Assembly: GCA_964576725.1 (NCBI GenBank)
Contig: CAZNUZ010000003.1
Span: forward strand, 123-64,122
Source of the DNA: an uncultured Phycisphaeraceae bacterium
Lineage (GTDB): Bacteria; Planctomycetota; Phycisphaerae; Phycisphaerales; UBA1924
DNA: 64,000 nucleotides
Direction: 5' to 3'
Shown: in pieces, positions 48,261-58,286 of the stretch
Layout of the letters: every line of letters starts with the position of its first letter
Numbering within the stretch: the stretch's first letter is position 1
Position numbers and translations under genes: made by a program
Notes under the pieces: generated by a model
Databases searched by the model: none
The model's input: only the letters and a program-made list of their open reading frames with translations
What the model was told of the DNA's origin: nothing

Positions 48261-49214
48261 ATGCACCTCCCCGACGATGCGCCGCTGCCGCCGATCCCAC
48301 CCCGCGACCCGCGTGGGCACAAGGGGACGTTCGGCACGGTCTGCGTAGTAGGCGGGTGCGCCGGGCCCAGCAGCGTGATGATCGGAGCGCCCGCGCTCGC
48401 TGCCACGAGCGCCATGCGCGCCGGCTGCGGCCGCTGCACACTCGCTGCACCGAAGCCCGTCGCGGCCCACTGCGTCTCGATGTGCCCGACGGCGACGGGG
48501 CTTGCGCTGCCCACGAACGCTAAGGGCGAACTCGATGCCAGCGCCTGTGTCCCGCTGCTCGATGAGCGATTGGGCGCTTCGGACTGCGTGGTGATCGGCC
48601 CCGGGCTCGGGCTCTCGGGCGGAGCGGCGGGGCTCGTGCTCCGCTGCTTGGTACAGGAGACGTGCCCCGTTGTCGTCGACGCCGACGCGCTCACCCTCCT
48701 CGCGCGCACGCCCGAGGCGCACCGCGACCTGCGCGCCCCCACCGTTCTCACCCCCCACCCCGGCGAATTCGACCGGCTCGCAGCGAGCGTGGGCATGGGG
48801 ACGTGCGACCCGAGTGCGGAGTCGGCAGCGGATCTGGCGCGACGGCTGGGCGTTGTCGTTCTGCTCAAGGGCAGCGCGACGCACGTGACCGACGGCCAGC
48901 GGGTGTGGACGCACGACGCACCGAACCCCGCGCTCGCTTCGGGCGGCACGGGCGACGTGCTCGCGGGCATACTCGGGGGGCTGATCGCCCAACTGCACCG
49001 CACACCGCTCATCGCGGGCGAGCGGACGCTCACCAGCGAGGCCCGGGGCGGCCTGGGCCTCTACGACATCGCGCGACTCGCAACCACGCTCCATGCGCGC
49101 GCTGCGAGGCTCTGGGCGCAGCACACAAGCAGCGCCGACGCGGGCATGCTTGCTACGGACCTCGCGGGGCTCATCCCCGAAGCCCGGGCGGCGATGCGCT
49201 CAGCGCTCGCCTGA
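48261..49214 (+). CDS. nnrD: ADP-dependent NAD(P)H-hydrate dehydratase (YjeF C-terminal domain family)
   Basis: HKGTFGTVCVVGG...GA...GGTGDVLAG motifs. Confidence 0.78.
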   Translation: MHLPDDAPLPPIPPRDPRGHKGTFGTVCVVGGCAGPSSVMIGAPALAATSAMRAGCGRCTLAAPKPVAAHCVSMCPTATGLALPTNAKGELDASACVPLLDERLGASDCVVIGPGLGLSGGAAGLVLRCLVQETCPVVVDADALTLLARTPEAHRDLRAPTVLTPHPGEFDRLAASVGMGTCDPSAESAADLARRLGVVVLLKGSATHVTDGQRVWTHDAPNPALASGGTGDVLAGILGGLIAQLHRTPLIAGERTLTSEARGGLGLYDIARLATTLHARAARLWAQHTSSADAGMLATDLAGLIPEARAAMRSALA

Positions 49215-52200
49215 CCCGTCACCCGCGGGCTGGCCGGCCGGCGCCTCGCTCGGCGCTGCTATTGACGCTTCACTCGGCGCTTCTTTGGGCGCCTCCGTGG
49301 GTACCAGTACAGAGCGCAGATCGAAGACCGGGTCGGGCGGACGCTCGGTGGTGGTGCCGGCGGGCATGGGGATCGTGACTGTCGCGTTGTTGGCAGAAAT
49401 GATCAGCACGTTGTCGAGCACCGCGAGCGCCGTCGGTCGTTGCGGCAGCGGGATCTCGATCGGGTCACGCACGAGCAGACCCGTTTCGAGATCGTGCACC
49501 CGCAGCGCGTAGAGACTCAGCTCCGACGTCGGGTCGGCGAGCGGCGCGCCGTTGGGGGAGAGCACGATCGCGTAGCGGTCGGTCAGCACCGGTGTCAGTA
49601 CAGCGGCGGACTCGATCTGCGTATCGGAAGCGACCAGCTGATGGTCGGTGTTGAAGGCGGCGAAGCCGTTGGTCGAGAGGAGCGCCACCCGGTCGCCGAC
49701 GGGCTGGGCTTCCACGAGCCCGGTGCTGGTCGTGATGCGCTGGGCATCGTCGACGCGGACGGCGATGGGCCTCGGATCTTCGAGCGAGATGGCGTAGAGC
49801 TCGCCCATCTCGGAGAGGATGTAGGCCACGCGTGGGAAGACGTAGAGGCTGCGCACCTCTTCGAAGGGCTGGCCCGCGATGCGCCAGAGCTGCCTGCCGG
49901 TCCTGGGGTCGTAGAGCTCGACGCCGCTCTCGACGCCGACGAGCACGCGACCTTCTCGTGTCGCGCGCGACCAGTGCGCCGCCCCGTCGAGCGGGAGCAC
50001 GCGTATGTCTTCGCCGGTGCGCTCGTCGATGAGCGCGAGCTTGTCTTCGATCGAGTTGGGCGCACGATCCACGCGGAGCTCTTCAATCGTTCGCGCCCGC
50101 AGGCCGAGCACGCTGATAACGCCCCCCTCGGTATCGAGGTCGATCACGCGCTCGAGTGGGAGCTGCCTGGCCCAGAGCGGCGCGCCCGTCTCGGCGTCGA
50201 GCCCGAGGGCGCGCCCGGAGCGTTCGACGAGGACGAGGACACGATCGGAGATCGCTGCGATCACTTCGCGCGCCTCCCCGCCGCGGGCCGAGATTACGCC
50301 CGGCCGGATGGCCTTCTGTGTCAGGCCGCCGTTCTGCTCGGGGTCGAAGTGGGATTCGAAGCCGATGCTCGACCAGATCACGGCGCCCGTCTCGAGATCG
50401 TGCTTAGTAAAGACGCGCGACTTCGTCTCGGGATCGAGGTGGGTCACGTAGGCCCCATCGTGGGCGTAGGCGAGGAGCTCGTAGGCGGGCAGCTCGTCCC
50501 AGGCGGGCGCGAGCTCGCCCGTCTCGGTCGCGGCCCACACGCTGAGCGCACCGGTCGTGACATGGGTCAGCGCGATGCGGTCGAGCGGGCGGTCGAGGCC
50601 GCTGCGCTTGAGCACCGGCGTAACGATGCGGTAGTTCGGGAGGACATCCGCCTGCACCGAGGGCTCGGCGCCGATGATGGGCCGGCGCTGGCCCGCGGCC
50701 TCGAGCGCCGCGATGTGGCCCTCGAGCGCCGCTGTGTCGATCGGCTCGCCGAAGTAGGTCAGCTCGTCGGCGTGGAAGATGGAGCGCTCGGCGAGGCGCA
50801 GCCTTGCGGAGGTAAAGCGCCCCGCCCGCGCGAGGGCGACGATCGCTCGGCCTGCGAGCTCGCCCGCGCCCGCTGGGTTCTCACCGGGAAGTGTGGCGCG
50901 CAGGCCCGTGTCGTAGGCCTCGATCGCCTTGCGCAGATCGCCCGCGGCCTCGTGACGCGAGCCGAGCTCCCCGAGCATCTCGGGCAGCACCAAGGCGATG
51001 GGGTACCGCTTGGCGAAGGCCTCGATCTCGCCCGCCGGAGCGTCAGGCGCGAGACTCGCAGCGATGCGCTCGGCCTCGAGGTCGTACTTGGCGTACGCGG
51101 GCCTGCCCGATGACGCGATGACGGTGCGGAGCCGGGCGGCGACCTCATCGACCGCGAGCGTGCGCGCGCCGCTCACAAGGATGGGCACTTCGTGCAGCTC
51201 GGGCTGAGCAAGGAGGCGCTGGTAGTGCTCCACGGCGCGGGGCGCGTCGTCGATGGCCTCGAAGTACGCGCCGGCCGACGTGAGACTCTCTGCACGCTCT
51301 TTGGGCGAAACCGCGAGGCGTTCGAGGTAGCCCAGAAGGTTTCGCCGGAGCTCGGGCGTGATGACCGCGAGGAGCGAAGGGTCGCGGTCGGGGCGGGCCA
51401 TCGCGTGCACCGCGTCGAAGATCCGCACGCGGTTCTGGTCGTAGTTCTCGCTGAGCGGGTCGGCGGCGAGCGCACGGACAGCGCGATCGATGGCCGGCAG
51501 GATCTCATCCGTCACGCCCGCGCGGTAGGCGAGCTGGGCGTAGGTGGTGGGCGCCGTCGAGTCAGTGGGTGTTTCGCGCTCGCGCTCGAGGATCACGTCG
51601 CGCGCGACGCTCCACGAGAAGTAGTTGTGCAGGCGATCGTCGTCTGCGGTGATGATCTGGCCCTCGAGGAGGATCGTGTTGCCGGGCTCATCGAGCTGCA
51701 CACGCCCGGTTTTGAGCTCGAGCGCCGATGCGGGGAAACGCTCCGCCGGGGGGACTTCGAGCCACGAGAGCCCGTCGACGGTGGGGATGTACAGGCGTTC
51801 GCCCGCGAGGAGTGCGCGGCCGCGGAAGTTCTGCCCCTTGGCGTTGAGATCGGTCAGCACGAGTGCGGCGTCGCGCACCTCGTCGAACCGGTCTGCGGGG
51901 CAGAGCACCACCGCGTCGCGGCTCAGTGCGATCAGCACGCCCCGGTGCTCGAAGAGCGTGTGCGGGCGCCCCCAGCGCGTCGCGGGGCTGCGCGCGATCC
52001 GGGCGCCGTCCTCGGGATCCATCACAAGCACCGAGCGCCGGTCGGGCGAGAGGGTGTAGAGGCGATCGCGTGCGAGGGCGGGGACCTGGAACTCCCACGG
52101 GAGCGCCTCGTTGTTCGCCAGCGCGTTGATGTTCGGCGCGACCCTGCGGTTCCAGCGGATCCTGCCCGTCGCTGCCTCGACGCGCACGGTCACGCCGACG

Positions 52201-53621
52201 GCGCTCGAGAGGATGACATCGCCGCCGTACACCGCGGGCGCGTCGGCGGGCGCCTGCTGGGTGCCGTATGGCCGCACCCCCATCGACGCGTAGGGCCTGT
52301 GCCACGCGAGCGCACCGGTGTGCACGTCGATGGCGACGATGAACTCCACGTTCGTGCGCCGGGAGAAATCCCGCCGCTCGGCGACGATGATCGCGTGCCC
52401 CTCAGCGATGACGGGGGGGCCCTTGAAGACCGCGTCTTGCAGGTCCTCGGGGCCGAGGTCCGGGAGGGCAACGACCCAGCGCACCTCGCCCGTCTCCGGG
52501 TCGAGGCTGCTGAGCACCCGGTCGGCGAAGGCCCCTCTGCTCGCGATCCCGGTGAGCGCGACCACCGCGCCGTCGCCCAGAGCGACATCGAAGACCTCGC
52601 TCAGCGTGTTCACCGAGCCGAAGGCCTGCTGGCGCACGCGCAAATCGCCCACCACGTCGCGCGACCAGAGGCGCTCGCCGGTAAAGCGATCGAAGGCGCT
52701 GATGGTCTGGGCATTATTGGTAAAGACCCGGTCGCCCATGACGGCGGGGGCGTTGTGCAGCACGCGCCCGCTGCGCGGCAAAGCACTGTTGCGCACGTTG
52801 TTGCGCATCGTCTCGATCGTGTTGGTGAGAGCGCCCGTGGTGCGCGAGGCGAGCGGCTGAGCGAGCACGCCCTCGAGGCGCACCGCGCTCGCGCGCTGGG
52901 TCACGCGCAGCGTCTCGGGGAGCTCGGGCACGCGGACATCGCCCGCGCCGAGCGCCTCGGCCACGCCGAACGATTCGAGCACCGCCTCGGCGTTGCGCGG
53001 CAACTCACCCGCTCTGCCCATCGCAGTGATGTAACTGGTCACACTCGACAGCAGCTCCGATGCGCGATTGTCGCGGTCGGGATGCTCCGCGACCTGAGCG
53101 AGCACGGACCAGGCTGCGAAGAAGCGTGCGCTCGCGCGGTGCGCGCGGGCGACCTCGAGCGCCGACTCGTACCCAGCGGGCGTGAGCAGGTAGTCCCGCT
53201 CGACGCGCACGTACTCGCCCGCTTGGAAGAGCGCTTGCGCGCGCGCCGAGTGTAACTCGCGGTACGACCTCAGCAGCGCTTCGCGCGCGAGCAATTCCGC
53301 GTGCACCCTGCTGCGAACAGAGACGAAGAGATCTTCATCACCTTCGACCGCGACGAGCCGCTCCGCGTCGGTCTCGAGGAGCTCTTGCAGCACGCGCACC
53401 GCCTCGTCGACGAGATCACTCGCGAGCAGCTCGCCGACGCGCGGCAGTGCGCCGGCTGCGCGCTGAGAGTCCTCGACAAAGACGGGGAGTGTGTCGTTCT
53501 GCGCGAGCGCCTCGGGTGCGAGGGGGAGCGCTGCGCCCGCGGAGACGAGCAGGGCGGCCGCGAGGCCCCGGGCGGAGCGGAGGGGTGTACGGGGAAAGGT
53601 TGGTGGCATCATCTTCATCAT
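49200..53621 (-). CDS. 1473-aa secreted protein with two PQQ/BamB-like beta-propeller domains and a central helical (TPR-like) region
   Basis: Signal peptide LAAALLVSAGAALPLAPEALAQ. Repeated G-x-x-x-W propeller blades (GERLWSRD, GEVRWVVAL, GALAWHRPY, GRIRWNRRV, GAVIWSS, GAPLWARQL, GRQLWRIAG). Confidence 0.72.
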   Translation of the reverse strand: MMKMMPPTFPRTPLRSARGLAAALLVSAGAALPLAPEALAQNDTLPVFVEDSQRAAGALPRVGELLASDLVDEAVRVLQELLETDAERLVAVEGDEDLFVSVRSRVHAELLAREALLRSYRELHSARAQALFQAGEYVRVERDYLLTPAGYESALEVARAHRASARFFAAWSVLAQVAEHPDRDNRASELLSSVTSYITAMGRAGELPRNAEAVLESFGVAEALGAGDVRVPELPETLRVTQRASAVRLEGVLAQPLASRTTGALTNTIETMRNNVRNSALPRSGRVLHNAPAVMGDRVFTNNAQTISAFDRFTGERLWSRDVVGDLRVRQQAFGSVNTLSEVFDVALGDGAVVALTGIASRGAFADRVLSSLDPETGEVRWVVALPDLGPEDLQDAVFKGPPVIAEGHAIIVAERRDFSRRTNVEFIVAIDVHTGALAWHRPYASMGVRPYGTQQAPADAPAVYGGDVILSSAVGVTVRVEAATGRIRWNRRVAPNINALANNEALPWEFQVPALARDRLYTLSPDRRSVLVMDPEDGARIARSPATRWGRPHTLFEHRGVLIALSRDAVVLCPADRFDEVRDAALVLTDLNAKGQNFRGRALLAGERLYIPTVDGLSWLEVPPAERFPASALELKTGRVQLDEPGNTILLEGQIITADDDRLHNYFSWSVARDVILERERETPTDSTAPTTYAQLAYRAGVTDEILPAIDRAVRALAADPLSENYDQNRVRIFDAVHAMARPDRDPSLLAVITPELRRNLLGYLERLAVSPKERAESLTSAGAYFEAIDDAPRAVEHYQRLLAQPELHEVPILVSGARTLAVDEVAARLRTVIASSGRPAYAKYDLEAERIAASLAPDAPAGEIEAFAKRYPIALVLPEMLGELGSRHEAAGDLRKAIEAYDTGLRATLPGENPAGAGELAGRAIVALARAGRFTSARLRLAERSIFHADELTYFGEPIDTAALEGHIAALEAAGQRRPIIGAEPSVQADVLPNYRIVTPVLKRSGLDRPLDRIALTHVTTGALSVWAATETGELAPAWDELPAYELLAYAHDGAYVTHLDPETKSRVFTKHDLETGAVIWSSIGFESHFDPEQNGGLTQKAIRPGVISARGGEAREVIAAISDRVLVLVERSGRALGLDAETGAPLWARQLPLERVIDLDTEGGVISVLGLRARTIEELRVDRAPNSIEDKLALIDERTGEDIRVLPLDGAAHWSRATREGRVLVGVESGVELYDPRTGRQLWRIAGQPFEEVRSLYVFPRVAYILSEMGELYAISLEDPRPIAVRVDDAQRITTSTGLVEAQPVGDRVALLSTNGFAAFNTDHQLVASDTQIESAAVLTPVLTDRYAIVLSPNGAPLADPTSELSLYALRVHDLETGLLVRDPIEIPLPQRPTALAVLDNVLIISANNATVTIPMPAGTTTERPPDPVFDLRSVLVPTEAPKEAPSEASIAAPSEAPAGQPAGDGSGER

Positions 53622-53844
53622 CGTCGCAATAGTGAGTTCATCGGCACCTTAAACACTACGGAACACTCCGCCCGCGGTGGCGGTATAGACCGGTAATGCT
53701 CGCGCTCTTTCGTGATCGTGTGCCCCCGCCCGTACGTGTCCCTGGGTTCTGAGGGCTTCTCGGGCGGGCCGCTCGACTCACGGGGGGTCGTGGGCCGATG
53801 AGCGTAGTGCGCTTTGGTGTATCCGCAGCGCACAGAACCGACGG

Positions 53845-54327
53845 GTGGGCCCTTTGACCACGCTCCCTCATCATCGGATCGACGAGCCCCTCGGGGTCAC
53901 GCCGCTCGCTCGCCTGCACTCCAAGTGGCGGGGGATCGTTGCCTCTCGGCCGAAGCGCGTGGTGCTCTTGATACTCGCGTGCGTGCTGATGTCCTGGTGC
54001 GATCTCGCGTGCACGCTCGCGTACATGTCGGGCGTCGGGATGTTCGAGAAGAACCCCCTCGCGCGGATCGTCGCGCGGAGCGGCGGACCGGACATGCTCA
54101 TCTTCTTCAAGGTCTGCACCACGGTCGTGATGGCGGCGTGCATCTACTGCAACCGGCGCTTCCGCGTCGGTGAACTCTGCGCGTGGCTGTGCACGCTTAT
54201 CCTCGTCTCGCTCATGATCCACTGGACGAACTACAACGAGGAAGTGGGCACGCTGAGCCACGAGATCAGCATCATCGCCGAAGCGAAGAACATCCCGGGC
54301 TACGAGCACTGGGTCCGCTTCGACTAG
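53845..54327 (+). CDS. hypothetical integral membrane protein
   Basis: Four hydrophobic helices. Locally lower GC. Confidence 0.5.
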   Translation: MGPLTTLPHHRIDEPLGVTPLARLHSKWRGIVASRPKRVVLLILACVLMSWCDLACTLAYMSGVGMFEKNPLARIVARSGGPDMLIFFKVCTTVVMAACIYCNRRFRVGELCAWLCTLILVSLMIHWTNYNEEVGTLSHEISIIAEAKNIPGYEHWVRFD

Positions 54328-54357
54328 CCGCCCCCGCACGCCAAACTTCTTGCACTC

Positions 54358-55431
54358 TTAAGCGCGCTCGACCGGGACGCCCCGCCTCGAGCGGACGAGC
54401 GTGCCCGCGAGACGGATCGCCTCGGACATCGAGCCGGCGTCCGCTTTGAACTTGCGCGCGATGTCGTAGCCCGTTCCGTGGTCCGGGCTCGTGCGCACGA
54501 AGGGGAGCCCCTGCGTGCAGTTCACCGCGTTATCGAACGCGAGCAGCTTCACGGGGATGAGCCCCTGGTCGTGGTACATCGCGACGACGAGATCGAAGCG
54601 CCGGCGCGAGGGCGGCGCCGAGAGGCGCGCTTGTGCGAAGACCGTGTCGGCGGGCAACGGCCCCACGGCGCGGAGGCCCGCCTCCTGCGCGAGTGTGATC
54701 GCGGGGGCGATGATGCGCTCGTCTTCGTCGCCCAAAAGCCCGCCCTCGCCCGCGTGCGGGTTGAGCCCGCAGACCGCGATGCGCGGCTCTTCGACGCCCA
54801 GATCCCGGCAGAACTCGTGGGCCAGATCGATCGTCTCGTGCACGCGGCCGATCGTGAGCGTGTTGCGCAGCTCCATGAGCGGGATGTGCGCCGTAGCCAG
54901 CGCCACGCGCAGCTCGTCCGACGAGAACATCATCCGGAAACGCCTAGCGCCCGATCGGGCGGCGAGGAGCTCGGTGTGCCCCGGGTAGCGCGACTTGCCC
55001 GCCAGCGCCCAGGCCGCCTTGCTGATCGGGGCGGTCACGACGGCGTCGGCCCGATCGGGGTCGTTGGCAGGCAGCATCGCACGCTCGATCGCCCGCTCGA
55101 CGCACACGAACGAGAGCATCCCCCCCGCTCGCGTCGGCCCCGGCTCCTCGAGGAGCAGATCCTCGGTCAGGCCCAGCTCGCGCCCGAGATCATGGAGGAC
55201 CACCTCGTGCGCATCAGAGACATGGCCCGCGGGGGTGCCCGTCGGGACGCGCCACCAGAAGGGCTCGACGCCCAGTGCCGCACACGCGCGATCGAGCGCG
55301 GGGGCCCACCCGTATAGGTGCACACGCTGGCCGGAAGGGCGGGCACCGCCCGTCAGCGCACGCACTAGCACCTCGGGCCCGATCCCCAAGGGGTCGCCCA
55401 TGCTGATCGCGAGTGTGCTCCGGCGTGGCAT
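54358..55431 (-). CDS. pdxA: 4-hydroxythreonine-4-phosphate dehydrogenase
   Basis: AISMGDPLGIGPE, HTELL, GLNPHAGEGG, SPDHGT motifs. Start trimmed to Met MPRRSTL. Confidence 0.85.
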   Translation of the reverse strand: MPRRSTLAISMGDPLGIGPEVLVRALTGGARPSGQRVHLYGWAPALDRACAALGVEPFWWRVPTGTPAGHVSDAHEVVLHDLGRELGLTEDLLLEEPGPTRAGGMLSFVCVERAIERAMLPANDPDRADAVVTAPISKAAWALAGKSRYPGHTELLAARSGARRFRMMFSSDELRVALATAHIPLMELRNTLTIGRVHETIDLAHEFCRDLGVEEPRIAVCGLNPHAGEGGLLGDEDERIIAPAITLAQEAGLRAVGPLPADTVFAQARLSAPPSRRRFDLVVAMYHDQGLIPVKLLAFDNAVNCTQGLPFVRTSPDHGTGYDIARKFKADAGSMSEAIRLAGTLVRSRRGVPVERA

Positions 55432-55504
55432 CGAGGATGCTAGGGGCCTTAGCCGCGGTGAAAGAAACCGAAGGGACTTCCCAAACAGGATTCGGGAGGC
55501 CATC

Positions 55505-55978
55505 ATGCAGGCGACAATGTTCGACCAGAACCAGCACTCACCCTACGTCGATCCCGAGGTGCAGCCCGACGAGCGCACCTACGGGATGTTCATCCATCTG
55601 GTCGGGCTGCTGAGCGTCCTCGATGTCTCGGGCCTGCTCATCGGCATCGCGCAGTTTGTCATGTGGCAGATCAAGAAGGGCGATTCGTCCTTCATCGACG
55701 ATCATGGCCGAGAGGCCGTCAACTTCCAGATCTCGCTCTTTATCTGGGTGCTCGCGATCGCGATCGGCAGCGTGGTCTTCATCGCGGTGACGTTCGGGCT
55801 CGGCGCGCTGATCGCGGTGCCTGTGGCGGTGGTGCTCGGGATCATGCTCGTGCTGGCCCGCCTTGTCGGTGCGGTGCTGGGCGCGATGGCTGCGAATAAC
55901 GGTCGCCTCTACCGCTACCCGATGTGCATCCGCGTGCTGCACCCCGCCGAGACGGTCCGCGAGCACGCTGCGGGTTGA
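55505..55978 (+). CDS. small membrane protein (DUF4870-like)
   Basis: MQATMFDQNQHSPYVDPEVQPDERTYGMFIHLVGLL..., three TM helices. Confidence 0.5.
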   Translation: MQATMFDQNQHSPYVDPEVQPDERTYGMFIHLVGLLSVLDVSGLLIGIAQFVMWQIKKGDSSFIDDHGREAVNFQISLFIWVLAIAIGSVVFIAVTFGLGALIAVPVAVVLGIMLVLARLVGAVLGAMAANNGRLYRYPMCIRVLHPAETVREHAAG

Positions 55979-56041
55979 TCGCTCGCCCGCGTGAGGCCGG
56001 GCGGGCCCCAACGATCGGGGCCCCGGGCGTACACTCTGGTT

Positions 56042-56845
56042 ATGTCTCTCCTCGCGACGCACCTCCTGCGCAAGAGCTTCGGCGGCCGGACCGTGGTCGA
56101 CGGCGTCTCGTTCCACGTCGATTCGGCGGAGATCGTCGGTCTGCTCGGTCGCAACGGCGCCGGCAAGACGACGAGCTTCCGCATGACCATCGGCATGATC
56201 GACGCCGACGGCGGGCGCGTGGTCTTCGACGGCGAAGACGTCTCGCGCCTGCCCATGTACCGCCGGGCCCGCCGGGGCATGGGCTACCTCTCGCAGGAGC
56301 CTTCGATCTTCCTGCGACTCTCGGTGGCCGACAACCTGATGTCGATCCTCGAGACGATCCCCATGCACCACGTCAAGCGCAAGCAGCGGTGCGAGGAGCT
56401 CCTCGAGCGCTTCGGCCTCACGCACAAGGCCAAGGACCAGGCACGCACCTGCTCGGGCGGCGAGCGGCGCAAGCTCGAGATCGCCCGAGCGCTCGTCACC
56501 AACCCGCAGCTCATCCTGCTCGACGAGCCCTTCTCGGGCGTGGACCCGCTGGCTGTCGAAGACCTCCAGCAAGAGATCCGCCGCCTCCGCGATATGGGCA
56601 TCGCGATCCTGATTACCGACCACAACGTGCAGCAGACGCTGAGCGTGTGCGACCGCGCGTACATCATCAACGAGGGCAAGGTGCTGCGCGAGGGCACCCC
56701 GCGCGAGCTCATCAACGACGACATGGTGCGCCGGAGCTACCTCGGCAGCATGTTCCGGGGCGATGAGTTCGACCCCGAGCCCGCAGCGGCTGCGGCGACC
56801 GACGCTGGAACACCCGCTACGCCCCCCGAAGGAGCGCCCGAGTGA
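56042..56845 (+). CDS. lptB: LPS export ABC transporter ATP-binding protein
   Basis: Walker A GRNGAGKTT, signature CSGGERRKLEIARAL, Walker B LILLDEPFSGVD. Overall LptB-like length and C-terminus. Confidence 0.8.
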   Translation: MSLLATHLLRKSFGGRTVVDGVSFHVDSAEIVGLLGRNGAGKTTSFRMTIGMIDADGGRVVFDGEDVSRLPMYRRARRGMGYLSQEPSIFLRLSVADNLMSILETIPMHHVKRKQRCEELLERFGLTHKAKDQARTCSGGERRKLEIARALVTNPQLILLDEPFSGVDPLAVEDLQQEIRRLRDMGIAILITDHNVQQTLSVCDRAYIINEGKVLREGTPRELINDDMVRRSYLGSMFRGDEFDPEPAAAAATDAGTPATPPEGAPE

Positions 56846-57267
56846 AGCCGACACACCAACGCCTGCTGGCCGCCTGCGCACTCGCGGGCATGACTCTCGC
56901 GCTCACAGGCTGCAACGCGCCCAAGCGGCGCATCTTCGTCACGAGCGAGCCCGCTGGCGCGCGTGTGATCCTGAACGACGTCAACGTTGGCGTCACGCCC
57001 GCGGAGGTCGATTTCACCTACTTCGGCACATATGACGTGCGCCTGAGCAAGCCCGGCTACGAGCCGCTCGTGACGCAGGCAAAGGCCGAGGCACCGATCC
57101 ACGAGTGGCCCCTGATCGATCTGGGCGCCATGCTCGTGCCGGGCGGCACGGAGACGGAGATCCGCTGGCACTTCGTCCTCGAAGAGGCGACGGCAGACGA
57201 GGCGGGCGCGATCGAGCGTGCACGGGCGATGCGCGAAGCGCTCGAAGCACCAGAGGACGACGGTTAA
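56842..57267 (+). CDS. PEGA-domain lipoprotein
   Basis: Lipobox LALTGC. PEGA-like EPAGARVILNDVNVGVTPAEV...GTYDVRLSKPGYEP. Start overlaps the lptB stop. Confidence 0.62.
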   Translation: MKPTHQRLLAACALAGMTLALTGCNAPKRRIFVTSEPAGARVILNDVNVGVTPAEVDFTYFGTYDVRLSKPGYEPLVTQAKAEAPIHEWPLIDLGAMLVPGGTETEIRWHFVLEEATADEAGAIERARAMREALEAPEDDG

Positions 57268-57270
57268 CCG

Positions 57271-57825
57271 TCACTCCACCTCGGGGACCTCGCGCTTCTC
57301 TTCGCCCGAGATGTCTTTCCAGCTCGCGTCGGCCTGGTTCGCCGATGTGTCGTGGTCGGTCTTTTCCCAGCTCTTCTTGGTATCGCCGAAGATGCCTTTG
57401 TAGAAGAGGAAGAGGCGGTCGCCGCGGACGATGAAGTTCTTGGGGTCGGGCTCGGTTTTGTCGCCCTCGATCATGGCCCATGAGCACCAGCCGCCGTGGG
57501 CGGGCTCGTAGCGCGTGGGGTTGGCGAGGAAGAGCGCTTTGTTGGCCTCGGTCTTGAAGCGGTAGGTCACGCCGCGGTATTCGGCGGTGATCTTCTTGCT
57601 GCCCTTGGCCGCCTTCTCGCCGCCCTCGGGGAAGTAGGCGACGGGGTCGTAGCCCTCGATCGCGAGGCCACTCCGCGGCAGGTCCCACTCGCTGATATCG
57701 CGGTGGAGTTCGTCCTCCGCGACCTGCAGGACGAAGCCTGTCTGGGAAGGCGATGCCTGCTGGGCGACTGCTATGCCCGCGGTGCCGGCGACGAGAGAGA
57801 TGCTGAGTGCGAATGCGGTGTGCAT
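57271..57825 (-). CDS. YHS-domain periplasmic protein
   Basis: Signal peptide MHTAFALSISLVAGTAGIAVAQ. GYDPVAYF...YRFKTEANKALFLANPTRYEPAHGGWC matches the YHS/TRASH pattern. Confidence 0.7.
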   Translation of the reverse strand: MHTAFALSISLVAGTAGIAVAQQASPSQTGFVLQVAEDELHRDISEWDLPRSGLAIEGYDPVAYFPEGGEKAAKGSKKITAEYRGVTYRFKTEANKALFLANPTRYEPAHGGWCSWAMIEGDKTEPDPKNFIVRGDRLFLFYKGIFGDTKKSWEKTDHDTSANQADASWKDISGEEKREVPEVE

Positions 57826-57970
57826 GGTGTGCTCCGTCGGTTGGTGTGCGACGAGCGAGCACGCGAGGCGGGGGATGTATTCACAGGAATCGGAGATCAG
57901 ACAAAATCCCCCGCGCACGAATCAGAATCAAGAACTCTTCAGCGACCCAGACTAGGAAGGGAATAGAGCG

Positions 57971-58282
57971 ATGTCTGTACGGAAGCCGACCGTCTGGGAC
58001 TGGCTACGCGCCCGAAGAGAACTCGCCTACGAACGAGCCGAATTGAACTGCGCCCGCGGGCTCTGGTGGGCGGTGCGCCGAGGGGTACGTTGGCTGTTCT
58101 TCGCTGCGCTGCTGATCGGGCTCGTGGGCTACCTCAGCACATCTTGGCCGCCGTCGCTCTTCGCAGCGTTTCTCGTCCTACCAACCATCGTGGTCGTTCC
58201 CGCTGCATCGGTGGCGCTCTACATCACCGACCGCCTACGTGTTGGCGTTCGGTATGGCGCTCCGTCGGCGGCAGAAGCCTGA
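57971..58282 (+). CDS. hypothetical small membrane protein
   Basis: ATG preceded by GGAAGGGAA. Two hydrophobic helices. AT-richer upstream region. Confidence 0.4.
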   Translation: MSVRKPTVWDWLRARRELAYERAELNCARGLWWAVRRGVRWLFFAALLIGLVGYLSTSWPPSLFAAFLVLPTIVVVPAASVALYITDRLRVGVRYGAPSAAEA

Positions 58283-58286
58283 GGGT

